This document shows, one piece after another, positions 11,666-24,585 of a stretch of 64,000 nt of DNA. The translations under genes were made by a program, and so were the position numbers. Origin of the DNA: Azolla caroliniana (Eukaryota; Plantae; Polypodiophyta); the NCBI GenBank assembly GCA_043228905.1, contig JBHGNT010000006.1:10540001-10604000 (forward strand). Reading direction: 5' to 3'. Under the pieces are notes generated by a model, which was not told the origin of the DNA, made no database searches, and saw only the letters and a list, made by a program, of their open reading frames with translations. Numbering within the stretch: the first letter of the stretch is position 1; each line of letters opens with the position of its first letter.

Positions 11666-12643
11666 GGTGTCCGGCTGAGCTAATTGTGGATCCATTGGAA
11701 CCGGATGACAAACTGTTGGATGTTCTCCGTTGGTTCCTGCTGGATACTGTAAAATAACCCGACCATTTCCCGCTGGTCCATCTCCTTGTGGAAGAAATGC
11801 AAGAATTTTGTCTTTAATGTTTCAAACGTGGGGATGGTGCTGGGATCCTGTGTTCAGTGCCATCTGCGGTCGGTCCCTCCAAGGTCATGCCGAACTCTGC
11901 TCGTTTTGAGCGTTCCTCTTCGGCTGCATTTAAGCGTTGGGACACATGGTTCGCTTCCCAGGTTTGCTGAAACGCATGGACGTGGGCTTCCACGTCCGGA
12001 TCATCCCGGTATCTGGGATATTGGAACGACATATCGTCGTCCGGTGTCGTTACATGGGCTGGTGGTGTCAGTGGTCGTTCCTCCTTTGGTGGTGTCAGAG
12101 GTTTTCCCCGGTCTTCTGTTGCCGTTGGAGGAACCTTTTGGCATGGTCGCCAAAAGGTGTTATAGGATTTAGGGTTAGGGTTAATGATGATAATGATAAA
12201 GATAGGAATAGGGTTAACAATCATGGTAGATTGATAATGTATGTGTGATGATGATGGTTAGAGATCATGAAGAACAACACAAGCATTGAGGGGTGGGGGG
12301 TGGTGCCTAGAATGACTCCACCCCCCTCCCAAGGGGGTTCAACATAAGGGGAGAGAGAGAGAGAGAGAAATATGTCAAAGAGAGAGAGAGAGAGAAATGT
12401 TTAATCATTTCTTCATTCATTCCCCATAAGGGGTTAAATAGGTACAAAGGGGTAGATCCACAAGGGTGTAAGCCCCTTGGGCATTCACACCTAGTCACTC
12501 ACTCACACCTCTTTGTATCCACCACACTCACACCTACATTCACACTCATAATCGTATAAGATTACACATACATATCAACACATTACATCTTTCACCCTCA
12601 CTTATCACACTTATCCATCACACGTATGTCTCGTACGGTAACA
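11666..12643 (-). mobile_element. Element G2: gypsy LTR (start TGTTACCG at 12643) and gag N-terminal fragment
   Basis: MSFQYPRYRDDPDVEAHVHAFQQTWEAN...FGMTLEGPT then, after a frameshift, RWH*...FETLKTKFL...IQQEPTENIQQFVIRF: Retrotrans_gag-like. Confidence 0.75.
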
Positions 12644-15600
12644 ACGAAGCAAAGAGGGTTTCGGAACTGATTCCGAAACCGAGATCCGGATCGGAAGACC
12701 ATCAACCGTGGGCTCGGGAGACTATGACCGAGAAGGGAATCGACGCAACCATGGTGGAGCAATTGCTGAAGGAGATGAAGAATCTGAAAATCGTGATGGT
12801 GAAGAAGACGGAAGACCGTCCCACAAGTTCCAAGTACATGGACCGTCGATACATATGGTGCGATAGCACCGAACATGATCGGAGAGATTGCGACGAGCAC
12901 AAGGAGGTGTTACGACGGGATCTTATCTACTACGAGGGAAATCAGATTCATTCAATGGATTCTCGAAAGCCACTCCGACTAAACTTCCGGAAAGGCGGCA
13001 TGAAGAAGGTCCTAGAGGAGGAGATCGCGACGAAAGACAATTATGCGACAACCGTGGGAATATGTGTGGGGGAGTCATCTGCAACAAAGGCGTCTTTTTG
13101 GTCGGAAGTGTTAGAAATTTCGAAGAAAACCGACCATGATGAAATCCGAAAAGCCGCGGAATGTATCCGGGAAGCTACGGGATAGGAGTGCCCCGTAGAT
13201 ATGTCAATTGCATGAAGTGTATGTGGATGAAAAATGACGACGCACAGATGATGCAGCTGGACCATCAAAGACACCGAAAAGCTGGAGCTCCGAAGGGAAG
13301 GGAAAAGAAAAGAAGATTCTGGCATTCAAGCTCGCCTCGGACATAGAACAACAAACGGACTTGAAAAAGGTGTTCAAGGAGAGAATCCTCAATAGCCGGG
13401 TAGAATTTTCGCTTCAGGAACTACTCGGAATAGCGAAGAAGGAGTTTCACGATCTTCTTGTGGATCTCGTGAAGAGAAAAAGACAAAGTACGGAGGAAAA
13501 TGTGCGGATGGTGAATGCAAATACTGTTCTGATGAACGACACTGAAGTGGAGGACGAGATTCCGAATTCCCGCTATACAAAGCCACATTGGGTGCATGCA
13601 ACTACCGAGACTCTGGTTCGAATTGGCAACATCAAAGAACCCGTGCTAGCATTGATTGATCATGGATCGGAGATCAATTTGATGTCTAAGGAGTTCTACC
13701 CGAAGGGGAAGTGGCCTATTAACACCAATCATGGATGGAAGATCCGGGCGGCCACTAAAGGAACGGAAGATCTATTTGCGGCTTGTCTGGATGTGACGGT
13801 GAAGATTGGGGATGTCGAGATCGACCAAAATTTCTTCGTACAAGACGAGGTCTCACACTCCGTGATCCTTGGGTAACCCTTTATCACGGATTCACGGATG
13901 GAGACAAAGGTGCTCGATAGTGGTGCGGCTTTCGCACGAATTCGGAGCCAAAGCGGAGGGAAATCCGTCCAATTCCTAACTGTGTCGGCAAATCATGAAA
14001 GGAACAAGAGAGAGCTCTTGTCCCAAACAAGGATGGATTTTTAGAGCGGACTATTGCAGAGTGGGGAAGTGATAGTCCGAGAAGCCCTGATACCCCACAT
14101 AGGACGAAAACTCTCGGAACAAAACAAGTACGAATTGGTCCGGATGGGCCATCTACATACACGGCCGTAACCGGAGGAATGAAGAAAGAATACCGAAAAG
14201 TGGCGGATAAGTTACGGTCGGCATCAATAATAAAAGAAGATGAAGAAATCGTGGGAATAGTCGAAGAAGTGTTCTATGGGAGCACGCTACAATGGCTTGA
14301 AGAGCTCGTGGAAGATACAGGCTAGGGAGACCGGGTAGTCTTGGTGGAATCGGTCGAGATGTACGAGATCATTGCGAAAATGGGGCCGGATGCGCTCCGC
14401 AAAGAAGAAGCAATGGTAAGTACAAAATACAAGTCCATGGAGAAGAAAGTGAAACCGGTCATGGGACCATTACCCGCCGATAGCGAGAAAAAGAGGAAAG
14501 AAGTCTCGGGAGATCCAACACTTTGGAAGTTTGTGGATATCAGACATACCTTCACGGATGAGACCCAGAAGAAACTTCGAATCAGTGGAGGTGGTTTCCT
14601 CTTACAAAAAGAAGAAGAACGGTTTCGTGAGATGTTGGAGCAACATGGCAAAAAGTTCGCATTCACATCAAGGGAGATAGGGTGCGTTGATCCGAAGATA
14701 GTGGAGCCGATGGTGATCTTCACGATTGACCATGTGCCATGGTACCTGAAGCCGATTCCGGTGCCGCGGGCGCATATTCCCAAAATCATCGACTTGCTCA
14801 AGGAGAAGGTGGCGATGGGGATTCTAGAGCCATCAAACGCTCCGTACTCAAATAGATGGTTTACGGTTCCGAAGAAGAATGGGTCACTCCGATTTATTCA
14901 AGATTTGCAACCAGTGAACAAGGTCACGATCCGGAACTCCAGAGTCGGTCCGATAGTGGACGAATTTGCGGAAGCATTTGCCGGTCGCGCGATATACTCA
15001 ATTGGAGACCTATACTCGGGGTATGACCAATTCCAACTTGCCGTGGAGAGCCGAGACATCACTACCATGCGGAAACCGATAGGATTAGTCCGTATGTGCA
15101 CACTACCACAAGGCGTGACGAACTCGGTCGCACATATGATGAATGTAATGAACAAGGTGCTTCGGGACTGCATTCCGGAGATAACGATGTCGTTCCTAGA
15201 TGACATTCCAATGAAAGGATGCGCGGTAGAAGAAAAAGATGAAACTATGGATGATCAGGGATGCCGAAAGTTCGTAGTCGACCTATTCATGATTGCGAGA
15301 AAGTGCTTCGAAAGTTAGAAGATGTGCACCTAACACTTTCCGGACAGAAATCTGCTTTCGGACAAGAAGAAATATTGGTAGTCGGACATCTATGTGGGCC
15401 CTACGGCCGAAGACCGTAACCAACCAAGATCGATGCGATTCAAGCTATGAAAGAAGTATGCGAGTCACAATCCAAAGTCCGAAGGTTTCTTGGAGCATGT
15501 GCATTCTACTACATATGGATTCCACACTATACACATATTGCGGACCCACTCTATCACTTGTTGCGGAAGGGTAAGAAGTTTGAATGGAAATCGGAGCATA

Positions 15601-17497
15601 CAAAAGCCGTGAAGAAGCTCAAGAAATCACTATGGAGGGCAAAAGCACTAAAGAAGCCGAACTATGACCGACCTCTTATAGTAACGGTTGACACAAGTCC
15701 AACCAGAATCAGATGGGTCATCAATCATGCCGACTCGGATGGTTCGCGATATCCGATCCGATTCGGAGCAAAGGTTCTCAACGAAAGGCAACACAGATAT
15801 GCACAAGTCAAAAGAGAATTATGGGGAGTCATGTCGGCAATCAAATCGGATCGAGATTATTTGATCGGAACCGAAGTAGTGATCGAAACGGATTGTCTTC
15901 CGATACTCGGGATGATGCGGTGTTGCACAATACCGGATGTGGCTATGCTAAGGTGGATTGCATATGTTAAGTCACTTAATCTAGAGGTACGACACATCTC
16001 CGGAAAAGACAACGCGGTAGCGGATATGCTATCAAGGGCGCGGTTCGGAGATGACATAACCGAATACGATAATGAAGAAGTTTCCGAAGACTATGCTTCG
16101 GAGCACATATGCCGCGTGAACGTAATCCGAGATTTCCGGGGAGAAGATTACGATGGAGAAAGCTTGCTGATCGGGAAAGTGCTACAAGAAATCAGGGAAT
16201 CATCAGACAATAAAGAGAAGAGAGCCGAGATCCGGAGTAAGAAGCGGCAAGTTCGAAAGTTCTTCTTGAAGAATGGATTAATATGGAGGGAGCCGAAAAG
16301 TCCGGATGGCATATCACTTCGGGTAGTTGGGACGAAAGAGCAACAAAACCAGATAATGTCTGAATTTCACGAATCCGATTGGGCTGGACATCGAGGAACA
16401 TGGGCAACTTTTGTGAAAATCAAACAAAAATATTGGTGGAAGAACATGTACAAAGATATAGCGGAGTTCACGGAAAGCTGCGAGAAGTGTCAAATCTACT
16501 CCGGAGTTCGACACCGAGATGAGTTACATCCGACATTCTCACTGACAATCAACTTCAAGTGGATGGTCGATATTGTAGCCATGCCAACCGGGATCGGACA
16601 AAAGAAGTACTTGGTGTTAGCTTGGGAAGATCTCACAAACGAAGTAGAACGTCGGACAAGTGATTGCGGATCGGGGAGAACTCGACTCAGATAAAGCTAA
16701 GGAATTGTTCACCAAACATGGAGTTCGGTTAACACTAACAACGGTATACAATCCAGAGGCCAACAGGAAAATCGAACGAGGACATAGTTCGATCGTCAAA
16801 GCACTTGCCAAAGCATGCGACGGAAGGGTGAAGGATTGGCCACAGATGCTCCCATATGCACTATGGGCGGATCGAACGACGCATAGCTTTGTAACCTATT
16901 ACATGCCGGCAGAACTCATGATCGGACAAGCACCGGTAATGCCGATGGAAACCGCGATCGTGACATGGACAGTGCTACCGTGGAAGGAAGAGATGAGCCG
17001 GGAAGAACTACTAGCGGTCCGGATACGACAACTGGAGGGAAGACTGGAAGACGTAGCGGAAGCAATACGCCGACAACAAGAAGCGCGATTCTAGAATAAA
17101 AGCCGGTTCGACACAAAGCACCGACTACGACCATGGAAGATTGAAGAAGGAGATTGGGTGATTGTCTACGATAGTAGTTTTGATCATCAACACATAACGA
17201 TGCTGAAGTTCGTGAAAAGGTGGTTCGGGCCATACAAGGTTCGGAAAGTTTTCGACAATGGAACTTACCGACTATGAGAGTTGGATGGGACGATACTACG
17301 AGTGCCTATAGCCGGGAAACGGGTGAAGATTTTCAAAAAGCGGAATGATGAAGAACCCTATGTGATCCTAGATAAGACCGACAAGAAGGAGCAATCGGAC
17401 GAAGATCGTGGTAATGCAGAAAGCGAAGAAAGTGGATTACAACTCATAGTCGACTTAAGGGGATAATCGGAGGAAGCTTCGGATGAAGGTGAATAGC
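12644..17497 (+). pseudogene. Element C gag C-terminus and pol (PR-RT-RH-IN) with stops and frameshifts
   Basis: ORFs 12724-13185 (zinc-knuckle remnant), 13361-13876 (PR), 14341-15318 (RT), 15447-16694 (RH and IN zinc finger), 16660-17094 (IN core), 17281-17466. Confidence 0.93.
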
Positions 17498-17552
17498 AAG
17501 CATCAGGAACTTTGGCACATACCGGAGAATGTGCAAGTTTGGAGGGGGCGAG

Positions 17553-19162
17553 TGTCGTAGTGTGAATTACACACTACGTGAAATATGTAAAACACTATAT
17601 CCGATTTACAGTACGTATAATAAATAATAAATAAAATATTAAAAATATTTATTACGTGCATAGGGCAAGATTCGACCCCTATACCTCCATGTAGACAAAT
17701 CCTAGCCTTACCACTATACTGCGACCCAGGTATGAACATTTTAATTTACCTACTAGCTCTTGTCAACTCCGTCCTCAAATTTGCTAATTTCTTCATGTCT
17801 CTCGAGCTGAGTTTCAAAATCTTGATTTTTTAATTCCATATCAGAGCTAGCGTTGTTAGCTTCGATTTGCATGTTTAAACACAGAAATCCAATATCACAC
17901 GAGCCAGGTATGAACATTTTAATTTACCAACGCGCTCTTCTCCACTTCCTCCTCAAATTTGCTAATTTCTTCATGTCTCTCCAGCTGAGTTTCAAAATCT
18001 TGATTTTTTAATTCCATATCAGAGCTAGCGTTGGTAGCTTTGATTCACATGTTTGAACACAGAAATCCGATATCACACGAGCCAGGTATGAACATTTTAA
18101 TTTACCAACGCGCTCTTCTCCACTTCCTCCTCAAATTTGCTAATTTCTTCATGTCTCTCGAGCTGAGTTTCAAAATCTTGATTTTCTAATTCCATATCAG
18201 AGCTAGCGTTGTTAGCTTCGATTTGCATGTTTAAACACAGAAATCCAATATCACACGAGCCAGGTATGAACATTTTAATTTACTAACGCGCTCTTGTCAA
18301 CTCCCTCCTCAAATTTGCTAATTTCTTCATGTCTCTCGACCTGAGTTTCAAAATCTTGATTTTCTAATTCCATATCATAGGAAGCGTTGTTAGTTTCGAT
18401 TTGCATGTTTGAACACAGAAATCCGATATCACACGAGCCAGGTATGATCATTTTATTTCACTAACGCGCTCTTCTCCACTACCTCCTCAAATTTGCTAAT
18501 TTCTTCATGTCTCTCAACCTGAGTTTCAAAATCTTGATTTTTCTTAAAAGTTATACTAAATTTTATCCCATGTAAATATTCTAGATATGCATGGTACAAA
18601 AGGTTATTCATGCATACACACTTGAGTTAAAAGAAAAGATGGGATAGAAAGCTTATCATGCACATGGAGTGTGCATGAAAACTAAAGTTAGGAAAAGCAA
18701 GATGCTTGCATGTGATAAACTTAGACTCTTCCAACACTATATAAGGAAGAGAGAAAGATGCATACACACTTGAGTTAAAAGAAAAGATGGGATAGAAAGC
18801 TAATCATGCACATGGAGTGTGCATGAAAACTTAAGTTAGGAAAACCAAGATGCTTGCATGTGATAAACTTAGACCTTTCCAACACTATATAAGGAAGAGA
18901 GAAAGATGTATAGGGGTTGTTGATTTTTTTTTAGAAGGATTGATTCATACAAAATATTCGTGGGATTCACGATTTTACCATCAAATTCTCTCTTACAATC
19001 TAATTACCCATTAATTATACTCGTGGGATTCACGAGTTTCATATCTTCTTCTTACAATCTCTTCCTAACTAACATTATCTCACATTCTTCTTTCTCCTAG
19101 TCCAAAACCCCAGCGGTTCCCACCCGACTCACGCAAACGATCCGGCGCCGAAAGGCACGACA
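17553..19162 (+). repeat. Element C 3' LTR, expanded by a satellite insertion and a 148-bp internal duplication
   Basis: TGTCGTAGTG...GGCACGACA; matches the 5' LTR outside 17721-18541 and 18610-18757. Confidence 0.93.
17721..18541. repeat. 178-bp tandem satellite, ~4.6 copies
   Basis: CCAGGTATGA recurs at 17726, 17904, 18082, 18260 and 18438. Confidence 0.95.
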
Positions 19163-19299
19163 ACACCAACCTAGCCTAGTCCTAGGTTATTTACAAGCAT
19201 AGTTTATAATTAGCACGCATCCGTGCACGTTGTGGTTCACACGCTTTTGGTCTCCGTTTCTTCTTGTAGCCGGTTTTCCTCACGACATCCACCCCCACC

Positions 19300-22200
19300 A
19301 AACTGCACGTCCACCGGTATGTGCCGAGAGAGAGAGAGAGAGATGGGGAAGAACCAGCCATTGTCACTCGTCATCCTCCGATCCGGCGGGAACCGTCAAC
19401 CATCCCGCCTTCGTCCACTCCGGGGTCTTCGCAACCGGGGTCCGGCTTGTCCTCGCACCGTTTCTTGAATGCCTGATCCGTTTTCCCGCAACCGGTACCG
19501 CCATCCGTGTTCCGTAGAGCTCCGCGAGATGGTACATGGCGTTGTTGTTCGCTCTCGTCACCACGTAGGGCCCGAACCATCTCCTTGCGAATTTCCACGT
19601 TGCCTTATGCCGGTTGTCGAGGATGCTGTCCTAAACCAACACCTAGTGCCTTCCTCCATCTTCTTCAGTCTCCGCCGGTGTGTCTGGTTGAACCGGTCCT
19701 TGTTGTTCTTATGTGCCACGTACAGTTTCGCCTTTGCCCATTGCACGTCCTCCGGCCTCTGCTCGAGCAGGTGAATCTGCGCCGCCAATAGCTCCTCCCG
19801 ACTTATTTCGTCCACCCAGACGATTGCCGACCATGAAGAAATTGTTTGTTACATCGGCATGATCGGTTTCTGCCCGTACATTAGAAGAGAAGGCATGAAC
19901 CCGGTCATCGAGTTGTGCGTAGTTTGGTCCGCCCATAATGCATAAGGTAGGAGCCGTGGCCAATTCCGAACTTGCCCTTTGCACGCCCATACTAATGCCT
20001 TTACGATTGGCCTGTGTCCGCACTCTATCTTCCTGTTCACCTCCAGATTGTATGCCATAACGAGGGAGAGTTTTACCCCTAACTGGCCGAACAACTCTTC
20101 GGCCTCTTGCACATCCAGCTCTCCTCAGTCAGCTAGGATCTTCCCTACGCAGCCATGCCGGCAGATCACCTCCTCGATCGGGAACCGGCACACGGCCACA
20201 TTGGTCTTGTTCTACAGCGCACGACCCACCACCTGGTTCGTTAGGTGTTCTCGCGCAAGCACCAGATACCTCATCTACCCTATCCCCATCTGCATCGTCA
20301 CTAAGTCCACCATCCATTTGAAATGAACGGTCGTCGGGTTGGTTGGGTGCAGCTCGTCTCTGTGCCGGATCATGGAATGCATCTGGTAGCTCTCATAGGT
20401 TGTCACGAACCGGTGCGCGTCCCGATACATCCCCGACCACCAATATTTCTCCTTCAGCTTCTCAAACATGGCCCACGTCCCGCGGTGTCCGGCCCAAGGA
20501 CTCTTGTGATACGCCAACGTGTGCATAATGTGGAATCTAGATGTGTTAGAACGCGCACGCACCGAGGAACCTCCGGACCTCTGTAACCGACTTGCATTCT
20601 TCCTTCATCACGAAGATGGCCTCCACCTTTGCCAGAGACGGTTTCCAGCTGTAAGGCCCACACAAGTGTCCAACCACCAAGATTTTGGGTTTCCTGAAAG
20701 CCGACTTCTCTCCTGAGAAGGTGAGCTGCGCACTCTCGAGCCTCTATAGCACATTCTCGCAGTCGTCGATGTGGTCTGCCACGAACCTCCGGCATCCGTC
20801 TGGTCCGACCGATTCATCCTTAGCTGCCACTGGACATCCCTTGATCGGGATTTCGTCCAGGAATGGCATAATGGTGTCCAGGATGTAGCCCCTCAACACC
20901 TTGTTCATCGTGTTTACCATATGCGCTACCGAGTTCGTTCCTCCTTGCAGTAGGGTACACATCCGTACTAAGCCGAGAGGAGTCCGCATTGTCGTAATAT
21001 CCCTGCTCTCTACAGCTAGTTGGAATGGGCGTATCCCGAATATAGATCGCCCACCGAATAGATCGACCTTCCAGCGAAGGCTTCCGCGAACTCATCAATG
21101 GTCGGCCCGATTCCCGCGTTTCGAATGGTCACTTTATTGACTGACTGCAGGTCTTGAATGAAGCGCAACATGCCATTCTTCTTTGGCACCGTAAACCACC
21201 GATTTGAATATGGGGCACTCGACGGCTTGAGGATGCCCATCTCCAGCTTCTGCGTCAGTAGCTCCATCATCTTAAGGATGTGAGCTCTAGGTACCGGAAT
21301 TGGCTTGAGGTTCCACAGCACATGCGGTACCGTGAAGATAACCATCGGCTCCATAATCGTCGGGTCTATGCACTTGATCTCCTCCGGTGAGAATGCGAAG
21401 GCCTTCCTGTGCCTCCCAAGCATCCTCTGAAACCGGTCCTCCTCCACCGGCAGTAGAAAGCCACCCCCACCGATCTTGAGCTCCCATAGCGTCTCGTTGG
21501 TGAATCGGTGCTCTTTGCTAGTCGGATTCCACAAACTTGGGTCTAACGCGACCCCCTTCATCCGCTCCTCGTTGCCCTCTAGCAAGGGTGCCATGACTGA
21601 CCTCACCTTCCGGTCCACAGTCTTGTACCTCATGTCTACGCGGGTTGTCCGATCCGACCCGACCTTCTCCCCGATGTCCACAATGACTTCATACATTTCC
21701 ATGGAACAGACCGGAATCACCCGGTCTTCACTCAGGTCTTCTTCGACAACCTTCCCGATCTCTCCAAGGGTGTCTTCGAATGAGACCGCCTCCACGCTGC
21801 TGCTAATCTCATCGTCGGAGCTAAGGGCCCCACACGCCCTAAGATGCTCCTCGACCCTCTTCTTTTCTCAGCCGCTGCCGACGGTTATCGTACAACCCCC
21901 GCTGTTGGAGAACCAAAATTTCCTACCTATGGTACATGTGTGGGGTTTCTCCGGGGTGTCTGAACTATCGCGGCCCCACGCCTTGATAGCCCTCTCTAAA
22001 AATCCTCTCGGCCATCGCTACCGAGGGTCTCGCGGTTGCGCTCGTGGTTTGGTCGTACTGTCAAAATTGGACGGAGTGACGCTTGTCCTGGCTCTTCACA
22101 TGTGGGTATGCCGAACCGTTATCCAGCACCTTGGTCTCAATGTGGGACGCCGTAATGTATGGTTCGCCAAGTATCACCGGGTGCGAAGATGTCTCCTACA

Positions 22201-23785
22201 CGAAGAAGTGTTGATCTATCTCGACGTCTCCAATTTTACGCGCACGTTCGGGCATGCTCCGTGTAGTTCGTCCGTATCGCACATATTTTCCACTTGTGCT
22301 TGGTGTTGATCTGCCATTTCCCCTTTTTGTAGAAGTCCATTGCCATCAGGTTTATCTCGGAATCGTGGTCTATCAATGCCACCACCGGCTCTTGAACATC
22401 CCTGATTCGGACAGGGGTCTCTATAGTAGCCCTTGCCCAATGCAACTTCGAATAGTGGCTCTCCGCCAATTCATCCTCCAATGCTGCGTCCTCTAATTGA
22501 GTCATCCGCACTTCCACGGGCTTCTCCAAGTCATGAGCCTTTTACGCTTCACCAAGTCCACGATGGAATCGTGGAACTCCTTCTTGGCCGTTCTGAGCAC
22601 TTCCCTCAAAGACAACTCCACCTTGCTGTCAAGGATCCGTTCCTCGAGGACCTTCCGCAAGTCCGTCGCCCTTTCTATTTCCGTTCTTAGTCGGCTTGCC
22701 TGCTTTACCCTTTCCTGCGAGCCAGGACCGCCGACGTCCTTTCTCTTTGGCGTGCTCTGAATCTCATACCGACAAGAGGGTCCAGCCCCTCCGCCCTTTC
22801 CCACTCACTTATCTTCCACCAGAACTTTGTAATTCTGGCCTCCACGAAACCGGTCTTCTCTTCAAGCGGACCCGATTCTCCACGCGGTCCGCTTCCTCCT
22901 TCCTTAGCCGCACTCCGGAGAGGCCTTCTAGCACCGATGGCCAGAATCCGGAATCCTTCGTCTTCTGGTCGCCATCGCTTCCGACCCGGATCCCAGCCAA
23001 CGCCGAATAGTGGATGGCTTCAGCGTGCCGCGCCGCGGTTTCTTCCATCAACCGCTTCATTCCGCCGCCCGGTATTCAACTCCAGGGCTTTCCGGGTTTC
23101 ATTCTCATTCACCCACCCATTCCGGAGGTACACTACATTGCTTCTGCTGTGGTTGACCGCGTCGCACCACATGCATCGTTGTCCGGTCGGAGTCCTCTAG
23201 TCGTGCATTTGTTCTTCACTGTGTCTCATGGCCTGTGCAATCTGGAGATCGCGTACCATCTGCGTTAGCTCTTCTAGAGCCGCTCCCCCGGATGGGCCTT
23301 TAACCACACCGGTTGGGGCAGTGCCCGACTTAAGCCAACTTTGAGTCTCTTCCTTTCGCGCTGGCAACGACTCCTCAAACTTCCTTGCTGTGGACGGGTC
23401 CTCTTCTCTCCACTCACACTGTTTGTTGAAACGGCAGTAGACCCTTTCTACCACGGCCTAGTCGGCCATGCGCCCATCGTCCGTCTCCAATAGGGCACCC
23501 ACCTTCTCCTGATCCTGTGCGTCCACGGACTTGATGAACTGCAGGACATGGCTTGTGTCGAGCACAGTCTTGTCCAACGCTAAGAGCCGAGCAAATCGTT
23601 TCTCGAACTTCTGGAGGAGCACCCACGTGTTCCTCCCCTTTCTGGGGCTTTCGAACCATTTCATAAATTCCCGTTTCGATAACCGAAGTGAGTCATTGAA
23701 CCCATACCTCTCGAGGACCCGCCCTTTGAACTCCCCCCAGGTCTGGCAACCGGCCTGCATTTTGAGCACCTCCACATGGATGGTC
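19300..23785 (-). pseudogene. Element B degenerate gag-pol
   Basis: Fragments homologous to C: VALIDHDSEINLM, IQDLQSVNKVTIRNA, FLDE, HKSPWAGHRG, LLPYALWADQTTH. Confidence 0.9.
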
Positions 23786-23790
23786 AGGGG

Positions 23791-24585
23791 GGCTCCAGCC
23801 AATGATTTGGAGGGTTGAATGAAGCCCTTGGTGAGGTTTTCATCAAGATATGTGCGAAGGGCCTCAAGTTTGGGTTCAGATAGCCCATAAATGGGCCCAA
23901 ATGGTGGGTGTGTGCCATGTTGGAGTTCGATTGGGCAATCATAGGGGCGATGTGCCGGCAACCGATTTGTATTTCACTTTTCAAACACGTCCAAATAATT
24001 GCTATATCTTGCGGGCAAATTGGTGACAGGAGTAGGGACTTCCTGTGACACAACAGGCTCCAGCCAATGATTTGGAGGGTTGAATGAAGCCCTTGGCGAG
24101 GTTTTCATCAAGATATGTGCGAAGGGCCTCAAGTTTGGGTTCAGATAGCCCATAAATGGGCCCAAATGGTGGGTGTGTGCCATGTTGGAGTTCGATTGGG
24201 CAATCATAGGGGCGATGTGCCGGCAACCGATTTGTATTTCACTTTTCAAACACGTCCAAATAATTGCTATATCTTGCGGGCAAATTGGTGACAGGAGTAG
24301 GGACTTCCTGTGACACAACAGGCTCCAGCCAATGATTTGGAGGGTTGAATGAAGCCCTTGGCGAGGTTTTCATCAAGATATGTGCGAAGGGCCTCAAGTT
24401 TGGGTTCAGATAGCCCATAAATGGGCCCAAATGGTGGGTGTGTGCCATGTTGGAGTTCGATTGGGCAATCATAGGGGCGATGTGCCGGCAACCGATTTGT
24501 ATTTCACTTTTCAAACACGTCCAAATAATTGCTATATCTTGCGGGCAAATTGGTGACAGGAGTAGGGACTTCCTGTGACACAACA
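23791..24585. repeat. 265-bp tandem triplication of the H RT start
   Basis: GGCTCCAGCCAATGATTTGG at 23791, 24056 and 24321; copies are nearly identical. Confidence 0.95.

Larger units (their letters stand above)
8043..19162 (+). mobile_element. Gypsy element C, both LTRs present, inserted in the B 3' LTR with 4-bp TSD (ACGC/ACAC)
   Basis: 5' LTR 8043-8694, PBS TGGTGAACCCAACGTGAA at 8699 (plant tRNA-Trp 3' end), gag 8761-9302 and 12644 onward, PR IDHGSEIN, RT DLYSGYDQF/FLDD, RNase H, integrase, PPT GGAGGGGGCGAG 17541-17552, 3' LTR 17553-19162. Confidence 0.95.

Noticed and set aside
12168-12183. TTTAGGGTTAGGG telomere-like motif (also AAACCCTA in several LTRs)
   Set aside because: Only one or two units: telo-box-like promoter motifs, not an interstitial telomere.
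17721-18541. CRISPR-like array, or Arabidopsis CEN178 homolog
   Set aside because: Whole monomers repeat with no unique spacers; only the length matches CEN178, and I see no sequence similarity.
23458-23961. In-frame ORF joining the H RT start to B gag
   Set aside because: A deletion junction without its own promoter or true start; an in-frame join has a one-in-three chance.
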